Below, piece by piece: positions 10,171-22,400 of a stretch of 64,000 nucleotides of DNA. The first letter of the stretch is position 1. Each line of letters begins with the position of its first letter. Below the pieces are notes generated by a model, which saw only the letters and a list, made by a program, of their open reading frames with translations, had not been told where the DNA came from and ran no database searches. The stretch lies in IMG/VR virus record IMGVR_UViG_3300020608_000013, positions 1-64,000 of that record; one strand, written 5' to 3'. The position numbers and the translations under genes are program-made.

Positions 10171-10719
10171 CTAACCTCTATGGTATCTTTTAAAAGTATG
10201 TGTAAAGGCGATGGCTATAGCGTCTACCTCATCGTTGGTTTCTACATTCGATATGTCGACCAATTCAGACAACTGTCGATTAGCCAACATACCCTTCTTC
10301 ACTTTTTCCTTGGCGTTGCCTTCGTATTTATGAGTATTGAAAAACGATTTAATCGTGGTTGGGTAATACTTGTGTAGTACCATACGATCAAACCTACGAA
10401 AAAGCGCCGATTCTAAGAAGTTGACTTGCGCCATTAAAGGTGGGTAAGCGCTCTGATTACCCTGATTGCTAATATAAGGGTGTTCGGTAGCAACTTCATT
10501 AGGTTTTACGTGATGGATGATGCCTAGTAGAATCTCTGCATAAACAATACACTTTTGTAAATTAGGGTTGAGTGAACGATAGTCTTGTAACTCGCCGTTT
10601 GTTAATTTAATATTACCGTATTTAATGTTGGTAAATGTTTGTTTTGTTATGTCGTAATCAACGACACTATAACCCAGAGAATTAGTCCCTGGGTCTATAC
10701 CTACTGTACGTAAATTCAT
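10171..10719 (-). CDS. ruvC: RuvC-like Holliday junction resolvase
   Basis: TVGIDPGTNSLGYSVV, VATEHPY and DEVDAIAIA give the catalytic D/E/D/D pattern. Confidence 0.9.
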   Translation of the reverse strand: MNLRTVGIDPGTNSLGYSVVDYDITKQTFTNIKYGNIKLTNGELQDYRSLNPNLQKCIVYAEILLGIIHHVKPNEVATEHPYISNQGNQSAYPPLMAQVNFLESALFRRFDRMVLHKYYPTTIKSFFNTHKYEGNAKEKVKKGMLANRQLSELVDISNVETNDEVDAIAIAFTHTFKRYHRG

Positions 10720-11586
10720 TTAATCGCTAGTGTAGTCGTAAATTGGATTATCTGCTGCGCTATCGACAGTGTATTTAAAACCACCGTTTAACGAAGGTAA
10801 GTGGTAAATACAGTTAGTGAAACTCATACTCTGCGCGTGGGCTATTTCTTGGTAACGTGACATTACGCCATTGATAGATTTTTGTGCAGTGAATTCAACA
10901 CCTGAACAAATTGCAACTTCACTAATAATGGAGTAAGTCTCGTCGCCGTAGAGCGTTATGATTGAGTTATTCAGCTCCTCAACCGTCTTAGCAGCTACAT
11001 CGGCTTCTTGTGTGTAGCGTGTAATATAAGCTTCGTTAATAGGGTAAACAGCTTCATTAAACACCGTCGCTTGATTATTAGTAACAGTGTCTTGTAATGT
11101 AGGTTCGTAAACCTCTAGACCGTCAAGACGATCCTTATCAGGCATACCTTTTAAGATGGTAGGCGGATGAACTTCATCAAGTAGCTTACACCAATAAAGT
11201 TCACACATAACGCCGTCAATCTCTTGCTCTGTACGTAGACGTAAGGTTGACCGTTCTTCAGAAGTCAATGGTTGGTCAAGAGGGCGAATGACAAACGGTA
11301 CCGCTCGGTTGAGTATTGGTTGGTTACGTTTAAACTCTACAGGCATGTTACGTTGTAAATCGTTACTACCTAGTGTAATTTTATGACCTCCAATACCTAC
11401 CATATAGTAAGTACTAGCAGGGTATTTTGTAGTCTCAAAGTCTTCTGGGATCGGGATTGAAAGTTTCTCATTCAGCGTGGAGTGTAGATGAGGTATAAAG
11501 GGTTTTCCTGAATCGATAATAGCGTGTAAGTAATCATTCCATATTGTGTTAGTAACGTCACTCAGTAGTGTTGCAGAATTAGACAT
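10720..11586 (-). CDS. virion structural/baseplate protein (phiKZ gp139-like)
   Basis: STLNEKL, YYMVGIGGH, VPFVIRPLDQPL..EER..LRLR and IISEVAICSG are motifs of this conserved family. Confidence 0.7.
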   Translation of the reverse strand: MSNSATLLSDVTNTIWNDYLHAIIDSGKPFIPHLHSTLNEKLSIPIPEDFETTKYPASTYYMVGIGGHKITLGSNDLQRNMPVEFKRNQPILNRAVPFVIRPLDQPLTSEERSTLRLRTEQEIDGVMCELYWCKLLDEVHPPTILKGMPDKDRLDGLEVYEPTLQDTVTNNQATVFNEAVYPINEAYITRYTQEADVAAKTVEELNNSIITLYGDETYSIISEVAICSGVEFTAQKSINGVMSRYQEIAHAQSMSFTNCIYHLPSLNGGFKYTVDSAADNPIYDYTSD

Positions 11587-11589
11587 GTT

Positions 11590-13836
11590 TTAACCTTTGT
11601 TTGTTTTTAGGTGCTTGAATAAATCGAGTGTATTAATCTTTAAGAGATTTGGTAGACTATGTTTACCAAGTCGTGATCGATAGTCTTTTGTATTATATAC
11701 ATCAGATAAGCGTACATTAGTAGGGAGTCCCATAAACCGATTGGGTGAGAATTGTTTCCGGGCCACTTCTATCCGTCTTATCATATAATGTTTTGTTTCA
11801 ATAGCTTCTATTCGACGAGCGTTAGCGGGTCGCATTATATGATGTTTTACCTCGGTAGGCGTGAACATCGGTTTCGCGACAGGTATCGTGCGTTTCATTG
11901 GTATTTCGGCACTACCGCGACTACGTAGTCTACCATAAAGCCAAGTATTAGTCGAACGATGGTCGCCGCTACCTTCATGAAGAAAACGGTCTTTATGCAA
12001 ATCTCTTAATTGTATATTAGTTACATTTTCTTTTAAAATATGTATCGTATAGCTCGTCAGTTCGTTAAGCATATCGACTAACGCTTTACGACGCTCGTAG
12101 ACTGTTGTCGTGGCAGAATAGTCGTTAAGGATACTATCGTATATAGATAGTAAGAGTGACTCATACTGCTCTTTAGAATATTCCCCAATAGCGATACCGC
12201 GACTCACCAACCACTCACCATATTCAAAATAATTAGGGGGTTTAATTACTACATTTCGGTAACGGTTAGTGTATAAATGATTCGACCAAAAATGTCTCAA
12301 AGTATTGGTTTCGTTGCGAACATAAACCCCAATGTCGTTTATATCTTCATGTATTTTTATAATAGTGTGTTTAAACTCATGAAGGGTTGCGTAACTATCC
12401 TTCAACTCAGTTCGGTTCTCTATATAATTAATAGCTGTTTGTGACAACCATTTTTCATAAGGGATATTGAATTCAAGCGCATTCCTTATTTTTGACAATT
12501 TGTGATTAGGTAAGTATTCCAAGGTAACACCCATTGTCTTCATACTGACATAGGTAAAAAGATAAAATAAGTCATGGGCGGGCAAGCGGTGCGTCTTGTT
12601 ACTCACTTTATCAGTAAAAATAATAGGCGTGGTTATCCTTTGTTTACTCCCTAAGTACATAAAGTAATCTAAATAGATACGGTTAAAAGAATAGGAAGTG
12701 AATGGTTCGTTAGAGCGCAATACGGTTTCGTAAGTTTTTATATCATTAGATGATAACATACCTAACTGGACATTACCCTCTGTAACAACTTTATCAATTA
12801 AGGGGTTGTGTGGTGCTAGCGAGTCTTGTTTCTCCAAACATTCCAAGATCGTCATGTTTTTATTATCATGCACCTCTTTTACCAAATCAAAAACACGCCG
12901 ATCTACCTTTAATAATGTCGCGTGAGTCTCATCTTGTTGGAATGATCGTAAGTAATTTTGGTAAACAGGTATGTTTGATTCGAGTAATAAAACACGCACA
13001 AGCGTTTTAAAAACAGCATAATGACCGAAATGTCGTTGAATGTAATCGATGTTTCTATAGAAAAACATTCTCTGTTTATGGGTAAGAAAACGATAGTAAC
13101 GATCTAAATACTGATGACTTGCTAAATGTTGCCTTACGTGGAAACTATGCACCTCTTGAGTCTTAATACGCTCTATTCTCAAATTTATTATTTTAGGTAC
13201 AAGGTGTGAAATTACTAAACCGTATTGGACAGTAGAATAAAATTTTTCTATTAGTTGGTAAGCCTCAATGTGGAAACGTTGTATATAATTATATAACCAA
13301 GTTTGTAATTCCGACATTAACGTTATTTCATTAAACTCTACTAATGTTTTATCGTAATTAATTATTTCCCATTCAACAGCATCGATAGCTTTTTGTTTAT
13401 CAATAGGATTTATTACGTTAATAATATAAAGTATTTGGTCTGGGTATGTATCTAAAAGTTCATTAAAAAGTCTATTACCGTAACGTAACGCCTCTTTCGT
13501 TCTAGGGTGCTCGTCAATCGTTTCTTTTTCTAGAATGTAATCACTATACGTGTCTAGCGAAAGCAATTTTATAGGTACGTCTAACGGATGATACTCGCCC
13601 GCAACATGACAATACCACCGCCATGTATGTGGTTTCTGTTCATCCACTGCGTATGCGCCGTAACGATAACGTATCGATTCATTCATTTGTTGTATGATTT
13701 CGGTAGATTTAATAGTCATTGTTGTAACGAGACTATGAATTGATCGCATATACTCATCGTAAACCACATTAGGTTCAGGAGATTCGTATCTATGTTGTGT
13801 AGGTAGGCGACCTAGTGTATTAACTAAAGTAAGCAT
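11590..13836 (-). CDS. virion structural/baseplate protein (phiKZ gp128-like)
   Basis: PHTWRWYCHVAGEYHPLD, SLDT, QEVHSFHVRQHLASH and FFYRNIDYIQRHFG. Divergent from the portal gene as in phiKZ-like phages. Confidence 0.72.
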   Translation of the reverse strand: MLTLVNTLGRLPTQHRYESPEPNVVYDEYMRSIHSLVTTMTIKSTEIIQQMNESIRYRYGAYAVDEQKPHTWRWYCHVAGEYHPLDVPIKLLSLDTYSDYILEKETIDEHPRTKEALRYGNRLFNELLDTYPDQILYIINVINPIDKQKAIDAVEWEIINYDKTLVEFNEITLMSELQTWLYNYIQRFHIEAYQLIEKFYSTVQYGLVISHLVPKIINLRIERIKTQEVHSFHVRQHLASHQYLDRYYRFLTHKQRMFFYRNIDYIQRHFGHYAVFKTLVRVLLLESNIPVYQNYLRSFQQDETHATLLKVDRRVFDLVKEVHDNKNMTILECLEKQDSLAPHNPLIDKVVTEGNVQLGMLSSNDIKTYETVLRSNEPFTSYSFNRIYLDYFMYLGSKQRITTPIIFTDKVSNKTHRLPAHDLFYLFTYVSMKTMGVTLEYLPNHKLSKIRNALEFNIPYEKWLSQTAINYIENRTELKDSYATLHEFKHTIIKIHEDINDIGVYVRNETNTLRHFWSNHLYTNRYRNVVIKPPNYFEYGEWLVSRGIAIGEYSKEQYESLLLSIYDSILNDYSATTTVYERRKALVDMLNELTSYTIHILKENVTNIQLRDLHKDRFLHEGSGDHRSTNTWLYGRLRSRGSAEIPMKRTIPVAKPMFTPTEVKHHIMRPANARRIEAIETKHYMIRRIEVARKQFSPNRFMGLPTNVRLSDVYNTKDYRSRLGKHSLPNLLKINTLDLFKHLKTNKG

Positions 13837-13852
13837 ATAAAAAGGTACTCTA

Positions 13853-16405
13853 ATGGTTAAAAAAATATCAGTGAAGGACTACATCGAGAAAGCACCTATT
13901 TCTGCCGCTATACAGTCAAAATTGATAACTGATAAAAAGCGACAGCATCATGGTTGGTTAGATGAGAGTAACCTCAATCTCGCTCAAATAGACAAAATTG
14001 TAAACACACTCATACAAAAGGAACAAGATGTTGAAAACATCTTGAAATTGTTCCCTGATACAGAACTAGGTATATCTATCCTCGTTAGTTCAATCATTAG
14101 TCCTAAAGACATGGTTAGTAACGAAATCACTTATGTTGCAAAGAAGAGTAATTTCCCATCTGACATGCAAGCATCACTTTTAGAAGCTATGAAAGAAGAG
14201 CTAGAAGAGGTGTATAAAATAGAAGAGAATTTGCCTGATTTAATTCGCGATGTGCTTTTTTATAAAGGTAGTTACGTTCAATTAATCATTCCAGAGAACG
14301 TTTTGGATAGTATTATTAACGACAAAATCAAAGACGTAAGTAAATCGCGTGCCGTACTTAATGAGGTTTTATGGGGTGTGGGTAGTGTAGAGAGTAGTAA
14401 CGTTTGTTATAAAAACATCGCTTTCTTGAAGGGAAAGGAGTCTGAGAAGGACACGAGCCTACGGGAAGTATTAAAGGTTGATATTAGTGACAATTTCTGG
14501 GCTATCAAAACAGGTGATGTTAATGATAAGATTAACACAAACGCGCAATCGGCGAGTTTAGAAGCTGTTTACCGTACTGATGGTTATCGGAGAGACAAGT
14601 ATGATAACCTATACAAAAACCTTGAGACAACTAATGAGAAAATGTTGTTCATCGATGATTACCGCTCGGATCGTGCAAGTATTGGTCGACCTTTCAGAAA
14701 AACCCTACCATCTACAGCAGTCATCCCTATCTATAGCCCAGATAGCCCTGATAAACACCATTATTATTACATTGTGGTTGATCAGGATGGGTACCCAGTA
14801 ACACCTTATAGTAATACACGAGGCAGTGAACTTGTTAATGTTCGTAACGATTACAGTACAAACTTAATGAGTCAACTTACCAACGAAGTAAAGAGTCAAT
14901 TAGGTGGCAATTGTGATGAACCCACAATAGATCAAATGGGTGCGATTTACTCCAGACTAGTCGAAGAGCAAGTGATTAAGAACTTATCGCATGTTGGTAG
15001 GGGTCTCAAAGCAGACTTAACCAATGAACTATATGACATCATGTTCGCAAGAGCATTAGCTAATCGCTACACGAGGTTAATTTGTGTACCTGCTGAATTT
15101 ATATCCTATACGGCTGTGAAATATCACCCAAATGGTGTGGGTAAAACATTGTTCGATAATTTAAAAATACTATCCATCTTACGTGCCGTATCCTTGTTTA
15201 CAAAATTATTCGCCATGATGAAGAATGCGACAACACAGACTAAAGTAAACATGAAGTTGGACGCGAACGATCCTAACGTCACTCAAACGATTGAGGATAC
15301 GCAACATGAAGTAATGAAAGCGCTGAGTAAGAACTTTCGATTAGACAGTACAGACCCAAATGATATTGTCCATGCAATCCGCACCTCTGGCGTAAGCTTC
15401 TCATTTGAAGGTCATCCTAAGATACCTGACACACAGCTTGATTTTGAGAACACGACGACTAATATGGCTATACCTGACATGGACTTTGATCAACATCTAG
15501 CCGATAAGACTATACAATCAATGTGGTTGACACCCGAGATCGTTGAACAAGGGCTTCGTGGCGATAGCCAGTTAGCAACATCAATCACTTTTAAGAATCT
15601 TAATTTAGCCAAACGCGTACTACAAGTACAGAAACCCATCATGCGAGAGCGTACAAATTACGCAAGATTAGTTTGTAAGCATGATCACATATTGAGAAAT
15701 AGGTTAAAAAAAATAATCTATAATAATCGTGAGACCCTGAAGGGTCTCACAAATAAAGACTTTCATGGTCTTTTAGATAAAAATGATCCTGGTCTCTATG
15801 CCCGTTTATTAGATGACTTTATAGAAACCGTTGAGTTGCAGTTACCTAAACCCGATACCACTACATTGGAAGGGACGAAAGAGAGCTTCTCCTTGTATAG
15901 AGATGCTGTCGAAGATGCGTTAAATGAATTCCTTTCTGAAGATATTGTGAGTGAAGGTCTCATGGAAGAGCTTGGGATGGATGTAAATATCATCAAAGCA
16001 AATTGGAAAAGTGTTTTACTTCGTGATTGGATGAGCGATCATAACTACTTACCAGAAGTAAGTACGTTAGTTAGCCCATACACTGATAAGGGTTCTAGTA
16101 ATACGCTACTCGATGCGTTTAAACCTCACTTATTAAATATTGTAAGAACGACAAATAGTTTTAGTCGTTTCATCGCTGAAATGAATAAAGATACAGGTAT
16201 AGAATCTACTGATGAAACACCTGCTGATTCTGATGACGATGCGCCAGATAGTACTGAAAATGACGATGGTGTAGATACGACAGAGGGTACTGATGGCAAC
16301 GACACTGAGACATCTCAACAAGAGGAAGAGAATGTAGATGATGAAAACACCAAGGTCGATAATGACGACCCTGATGATTTCGATAACTTCACGCTAGACA
16401 TTTAA
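13853..16405 (+). CDS. portal protein (phiKZ gp129-like)
   Basis: LFPDTELGISILVSSIISPKDM, GRPF...PSTAVIPIYSPDSPDKH and GVGKTLFDNLKILSILRAV, with an acidic C-terminal tail. Confidence 0.85.
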   Translation: MVKKISVKDYIEKAPISAAIQSKLITDKKRQHHGWLDESNLNLAQIDKIVNTLIQKEQDVENILKLFPDTELGISILVSSIISPKDMVSNEITYVAKKSNFPSDMQASLLEAMKEELEEVYKIEENLPDLIRDVLFYKGSYVQLIIPENVLDSIINDKIKDVSKSRAVLNEVLWGVGSVESSNVCYKNIAFLKGKESEKDTSLREVLKVDISDNFWAIKTGDVNDKINTNAQSASLEAVYRTDGYRRDKYDNLYKNLETTNEKMLFIDDYRSDRASIGRPFRKTLPSTAVIPIYSPDSPDKHHYYYIVVDQDGYPVTPYSNTRGSELVNVRNDYSTNLMSQLTNEVKSQLGGNCDEPTIDQMGAIYSRLVEEQVIKNLSHVGRGLKADLTNELYDIMFARALANRYTRLICVPAEFISYTAVKYHPNGVGKTLFDNLKILSILRAVSLFTKLFAMMKNATTQTKVNMKLDANDPNVTQTIEDTQHEVMKALSKNFRLDSTDPNDIVHAIRTSGVSFSFEGHPKIPDTQLDFENTTTNMAIPDMDFDQHLADKTIQSMWLTPEIVEQGLRGDSQLATSITFKNLNLAKRVLQVQKPIMRERTNYARLVCKHDHILRNRLKKIIYNNRETLKGLTNKDFHGLLDKNDPGLYARLLDDFIETVELQLPKPDTTTLEGTKESFSLYRDAVEDALNEFLSEDIVSEGLMEELGMDVNIIKANWKSVLLRDWMSDHNYLPEVSTLVSPYTDKGSSNTLLDAFKPHLLNIVRTTNSFSRFIAEMNKDTGIESTDETPADSDDDAPDSTENDDGVDTTEGTDGNDTETSQQEEENVDDENTKVDNDDPDDFDNFTLDI

Positions 16406-16420
16406 ATTAAATAGACTGTG

Positions 16421-16454
16421 GTGATCTAACAGGTGCGTCCACCTGTTAGATCAC
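16421..16454. terminator. bidirectional stem-loop between convergent genes
   Basis: GTGATCTAACAGGTG-cgtc-CACCTGTTAGATCAC, a perfect 15-bp stem. Confidence 0.8.
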
Positions 16455-16472
16455 TATTTAGCCCGTCTAATA

Positions 16473-19400
16473 TTAAGTGCGCCAGAAATCATTGTTTAAA
16501 CGAATAGCGAACGTGTCTTCATTACCTAAGATAGGTTGAATTTGGTACGCGTTATTCTCATCATCTACGATGACATAAGCATGATAGCTTTTACGGTATA
16601 GAGAGGCATGGTCAATCATAACCTTAGCTAGTCGAGCAGTTGTATCACCTGCACCATTTACTTGAATGTACTTGTAGTCTGGCAAACCTCCCAAATCCAC
16701 GCCAATATCGCTAGTTACTGATAATGCGTAGGGTATTGTGGTTGCCACATGATCTACATGTTGACACTCAGTGAAATGTGCGGGTAATGGTTCGTTTGCT
16801 TGACTAACGTCTGATTCGATATAAGTCTCATCAGCAATTTCCTCACCCTCATTGCTTAATTTAATTGCTTTATTTACCTCTTGACTAATGCGTAAATCAT
16901 CTTCCGCTAGGAAATCGAGATCGCCCAACTCATCGTCTTCACTATACTGTACGACTGTACTAGACTTCTCTGGTGTAATGACATCACTGTCTTCTTCATC
17001 AGATTCATCGATCAACTCTTTGTTGGTGACATACTGTACGGTAACGCCTGTCGCCTTATAGATTTCATCTGGTGTGGCGAACCCCTCGTCGTTAGGGATA
17101 AAAGTAGTATTTAATTGCTCGATATAAGTATCATAGGCGATTAAATACTTTCCGATCATGTTGTCGCAGATAATTTTTCTTAGTAAATTAATGCACTCTT
17201 TCTCGAGTAATTTCAATTTACTAGGTTTAATATCAATCTCGAAAATTTCACGTAGTTGCACGATCATATCTTTCTCAAGACGTAATACTAAACGTTTCAA
17301 GAACTTCGGTAGTTTACCTTCTTCATGAAGCGCACGTAGTTTATCAAGTTTACCTGATAAAGTCATACCCTCTAGTTCAGTAACAAGCCCTTCGTGTTCT
17401 GCTTGACCGAAATGTTTCTCGGAAGTAGTACCTACAACAATACGAGCAGGTAATTCAACCCACTCACGTTCCATACGCGCCGAAGTAACTAAAGATGCAA
17501 AGTTACCCGCATCGATAGTTGGTAGACCCGTACTATTCGTGAGTTCCTCTGCAATTACTTCCCGTAACACCTCCTCATTTTCAATAGGGGCTGTTTTAGC
17601 AGCCACCAGTTCTTTCTCAATAGGTTTTAGTTTAGCACTTGCTCCACCAGGGAGTGAAGCACCTAACACTTCTGGATCAGTTTCTTCAGCACGATCGATC
17701 GTATCCACAGTAGGCTGTGCGCTAATTTTTTGCTCGATTGCCTTGGCAACGCTAGTTTCAATTAGGTCGGTAAGGTTTACCTCACTGAAGTTCTTGATCA
17801 ACCCTCTTAACGCTTTCACTTCCTCAGCACCTAAACGCGTTGTCGATGGTGTGTCGTCTACAACAACATTGGCTTTCGACGCTGTTGTATCTACAGTATT
17901 AGAAACTGGTTCTGACTCAACCGCCGCTACAGATTTACGTTTACCATGCTCTTTAAGATTATTTGCAATCTCCTTACTAATAGTGTCGTCAGTAGGTTTA
18001 AAACTCTTTCTAGGTCCTTTAGGTTTTTCATCACGTAAAGGCGGTAGAATCGCTTTACTGCGACGACTACGTGAAAGATGCCCGTCTAGTACACGTAGAC
18101 GCTCATCATAAGCTTCAATAGGATACTTTAACTGATGGTACAGCATCGTACAAATAACAGAAAAAGGGACGTTTTCTTTCTTACTATTAATATACTCTAG
18201 GAACATCTCCATCACAACTTCAGCATCTACACCTTCAATCGTGTGATATTGATAACCATCTTCACCCATAACCACAGTAGGTTTTTCCTTTACAGTGTTC
18301 GTTTGTTCGACCACTGGGTCAGGTTCTGCTATAGTAGGCTCAGATTGGTCTAGCGTGGGGAGGATTCCATGACTGGGTATATCGCTATCAAAACCACTCA
18401 CATACGCACTATCCTCAACCTTTGGTCGATCATGTCGTACTGTTTTAAACGGATTGAGTGTATCTAACTGCTCTTGCGTTGGACATAGATGCGGGTTATC
18501 CTTATCAAGCGTTATGCTAAAGTAATAGTCAGAATACGCATTAAGAAACTCTGACAAGTGAGGGTTATCAATAGCGAACTTCTCTGCGGTAGATATGACC
18601 ATATCGAGGTGTCCGCAATGCGCTTCACTGTAATTGTCCGCCTTAGCTTTATTGATAATGTTATTAATTTCCTGTATAAGGTAATCGTCGGTTAAAGGTG
18701 GCTTGACTCCACGTTCCGCTGTACCTTCTTTACTAGGCGTTTTACGATCATCTTGCACATTAGAAAAACCATTACGCGCTGCCCATTCCGCCTTACTCTG
18801 TAGTTGTTGTTCGATGGTATCTACTTGTGTAAACTCATCTGGCAATAATGTCGCACTAGACGCTTCCTTCTTTACAGGTGTGCTGGTATCGTCAGTAACT
18901 TCATCTGCGTAACGTATAGAGCTTGGGTCGGCATACTGTTCAGTCACATCATATTTACTACCCGTTAGAATCTCACCTCGACCATTGTCGAACTTACCTA
19001 GTGTACGCTCTGCGGGTGTCACACCTGCGTACCGCACAGCCTCCCGATCGTTCAAAACGGCCTCATGACCTTGTGCTGTCTTTACGCGTAATCTAGGCAC
19101 ATCCTCGAAAGGGTCGGGTGTTTCTGCGTGTTCAAGCATCATGCTTGTTAACTCGCGTTGCTCCTCCGACATAGGACGTTCTTTAATAATAGGTCCTTCG
19201 GCCACAGAAGGTGTTGGGTCTAGATGTATAGTGTACCCAGGGATAGGGGCGGGTTGGTGTTCGACAAACGATTTAGGGATTGTGAAGCTAAACTGCTTAC
19301 CACACTTTTTAAGCGTATCGATAGATGCATCCACCCAAATGTGGTGAAGTGATCTTAAAGTTTCTTGATCCTCAGCGCCGATACGAAGTCGTTGTATACG

Positions 19401-22400
19401 ATTCGCAAAAGCGTTCTTAAGGCGCTGTAGTAAACGTTTGTGCGCTTCTGTACCAAGATTGTCATTCACTACGTCCAAAATCGCATGGATGTCTAACGCA
19501 AGTTTTGGAAGTTCTGCACCTTTATGAGCAACCATACCATCGTTAACAAAACTGTCAAAAGCAATACTATGATCTTTACCGACATTCACATACTTTAACG
19601 GCTCTAATAGCATATATGCACCTAACACATCGCAATCATTAGGCCATAACTCGCAATGCTTCTTAGTGCTTAACCAACTATGACGTGTACACACTTCTGT
19701 AGAAATCTCTACAATAGGGTTCGCACCTTTTGTTTGGATGCATTGGTTAATACGCTCAAGCTTTTTCGCATCATAACGTTTAGCAATCTCGCGTAATTTA
19801 GGATGCATCGGTTTTAAGTGGTTATCAATAAGGAAAGCACGCTCATCATACCATTTACGACCACTGTCTGGATTAACCGAGAAACAACGGTTGAAGAAAC
19901 CATCGTCAGTATCTTTTAGTGTCATATAGTATGCAATGTCTTCTGATGCGTGTACGAAATGACCCTCAACATCTACCACGACCTCGCGTGCTGGATGTAT
20001 GTAGTCAATATCTGGACGAACACGTTCGCGCAGTATATCGAGACTTCGTGGACTAAGTACTTGTTCTCCAAATTCAATACCTTGTTTTAAATAAGGGCGA
20101 TAGTGTTGTGAAATCGGTTGCCCTGTTTCAACATAAGGTGCGCCATACTGATCGCACAGAATATCGCCTTGCATGAAATCGTGCGCCTCATCTTTATCGA
20201 GAAGCACGCCGTAATCTTCCTCAATATTAATCCCGAGATAGGGGGTCAAGTACTCAGGGCGCACTAGGTCGTCTTTCACCAACCTTTCAGGACTTGGGTA
20301 GGGTAGCGCGGCTTTATCATGAAATAATTTATAAAACCCTTTAGCCTTATACGCCTCATACACTTTTGCTAGATCGTCAGCATTAACATTAATAGGTTTT
20401 TCAGTCGCTCTACCCCGTAAGTCACATAGCGGGATAAGATCGTTTTCAGGTACTAGTTGTTCTTTGCGGGCTTCGATAAACGAATCCATTTCGCCTAATA
20501 CACTAGCCAACCTATTCCGATTCACTACCATCTCTTTTTCACGTCTAGCAGTTTCTTCTTCAAGTGTGTTACTATAGGTAGACGCTGGATTATCCACAAA
20601 TGTCTTGCAACTAACGGAGACCCGTTGATCGCCTACACCGTAACCAAAACTGACAACCGAACCTCCATCTTTAACAGTTTCAGCTAAGGCTGCTTCATCT
20701 GGTTTAGACAGTGGGAATTCATCATCCCCCATCGCGTAAGGTTCGGTACGTTGTTTTGACTTATGTGTTTTTGGTGAGCTGTCTCCTGGGTTAATATTTA
20801 TCGACAACTGCGATAAGTCCTCTACGGAGCTTTCCTTCACCACAGGTTTTTCTTCAACTACAGTTGGTTCAGGTACATGTTGATCTTCTGCTGTCAATTT
20901 TGCTAATAACGCATCATACTCCTCTTTAGTTACCATCGGAGGAATCTCAATATAGTTATCATCTGTTGTTTTGTTTACATTGAAGTATTCAACATAACGT
21001 TGAGCGTTAGTTGTTAATACCGCTCTCCCGAGATGAAGCGCGAAAATGAAGTCGTAAGGGCGATCATCCATATAGAGTCGACCTGGAGTGCGTTTGTAAA
21101 CGTATTCCAACATCTCCTTCACGGTAACGGCACTCATATCGAAACCGCCGACAAAGTAGTCGTAAGAAGGAACATGTGCTCTAGAGTTTGGACGGAACTT
21201 CCCTATAGCTTCCTCAATTTCACTATCCGTTGCCTTGCAAGGGTGTGCGGGTATGTTGTTAGGTAGTCCTAGTTTAGGGATACGATTGTATCGAGCTTCA
21301 TATATTCGTTCCGCGCCCTCATTGTTACTAAAACTATTCTGTTGTACTGAGTTGGTTATGCAGGCCTCATACTCGGCACGACGTTTTTTCACATCCGCCA
21401 CAGCTTCGTCATACAACTCTTGGGTCACTGCATGAAGATTACTGAATAACTCACTTTTAGAGTCGTAGCCTAACTTTTCGCGTAGGTAGCGAATAATTCC
21501 ATAAGGCGCATTTCTTATTTTATCGTACAGCTCTCGGTTATTGGGGTTCGTTTGCTGGCGATGTGAAGAACGCCCTGTACCAATGGGTGTGGCTAATGCC
21601 GCCAACCCGCTATTATCGAACACAGTGTTCATATTTGTCATGTCTCCTGTTTTATTCAAGGGTAGTATATGTGCGTTGTTTCCAGACCCTCTTAAATTAG
21701 AAAGCGTGTCAGTCCCAACTCCTTCTTTCTTCTCTTGATGTAGATCGTGTAAACTCACACGCTTTGTGAAGGGTACAGGTGGGTTATCGCCACCTAATAT
21801 ATGTCTAGGTTTTTTCATAATTTTATTTGCGTCTAGTGTGCCAGCTCTGGCTTCTTTACCGTAGTCAAAAATATCATTGTTATTGTTTATAACTGCATGG
21901 TACCCTACCTCTTGTAGGTAAGCCATTTGTTTATAATATTCTCCTATGTTAAGGTTAGTAATTGATCTTGCAAAAATGACACTACTTTGGATAGTCCCAG
22001 TCGCTCGATTAATCTCAAAACAAAAGTAGTGTTCAAAGATGTTAGCTTCGTGATACGGGTACCCTGGTATAAGTCTTGCGTTTTTGTTACCTTCAGGGTA
22101 TCCCTCAATACAAGGTGGCGGACACTTCTCATCATAACCCAGTTCTTTAAGATAACCTCTATTAATATCGATAACCGCCGCTGTTGGTTCAGCAGCCCTG
22201 TCGTAATCCCAATACAATAATTCTGGGAAGGCGAGTTGAGTTTCTGTCTTCCAGGTAGGGTACATACCCTTTCTACATATTTTATTATGAAGTTCCTTAC
22301 ATTCGGCGAATAAAGCATTTTCGAGTAAAGGGATAATGTCAAGCGCTTCAGCACCTACCAACCCTTTATATAAAGATTCTCTAGTGGCTAGTACCGCAGC

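Noticed and set aside
17539-18111. 190-aa plus-strand Ser-rich ORF
   Set aside because: Antisense to the 2102-aa gene and explained by codon bias. The other 60-170-aa antisense ORFs were rejected for the same reason.
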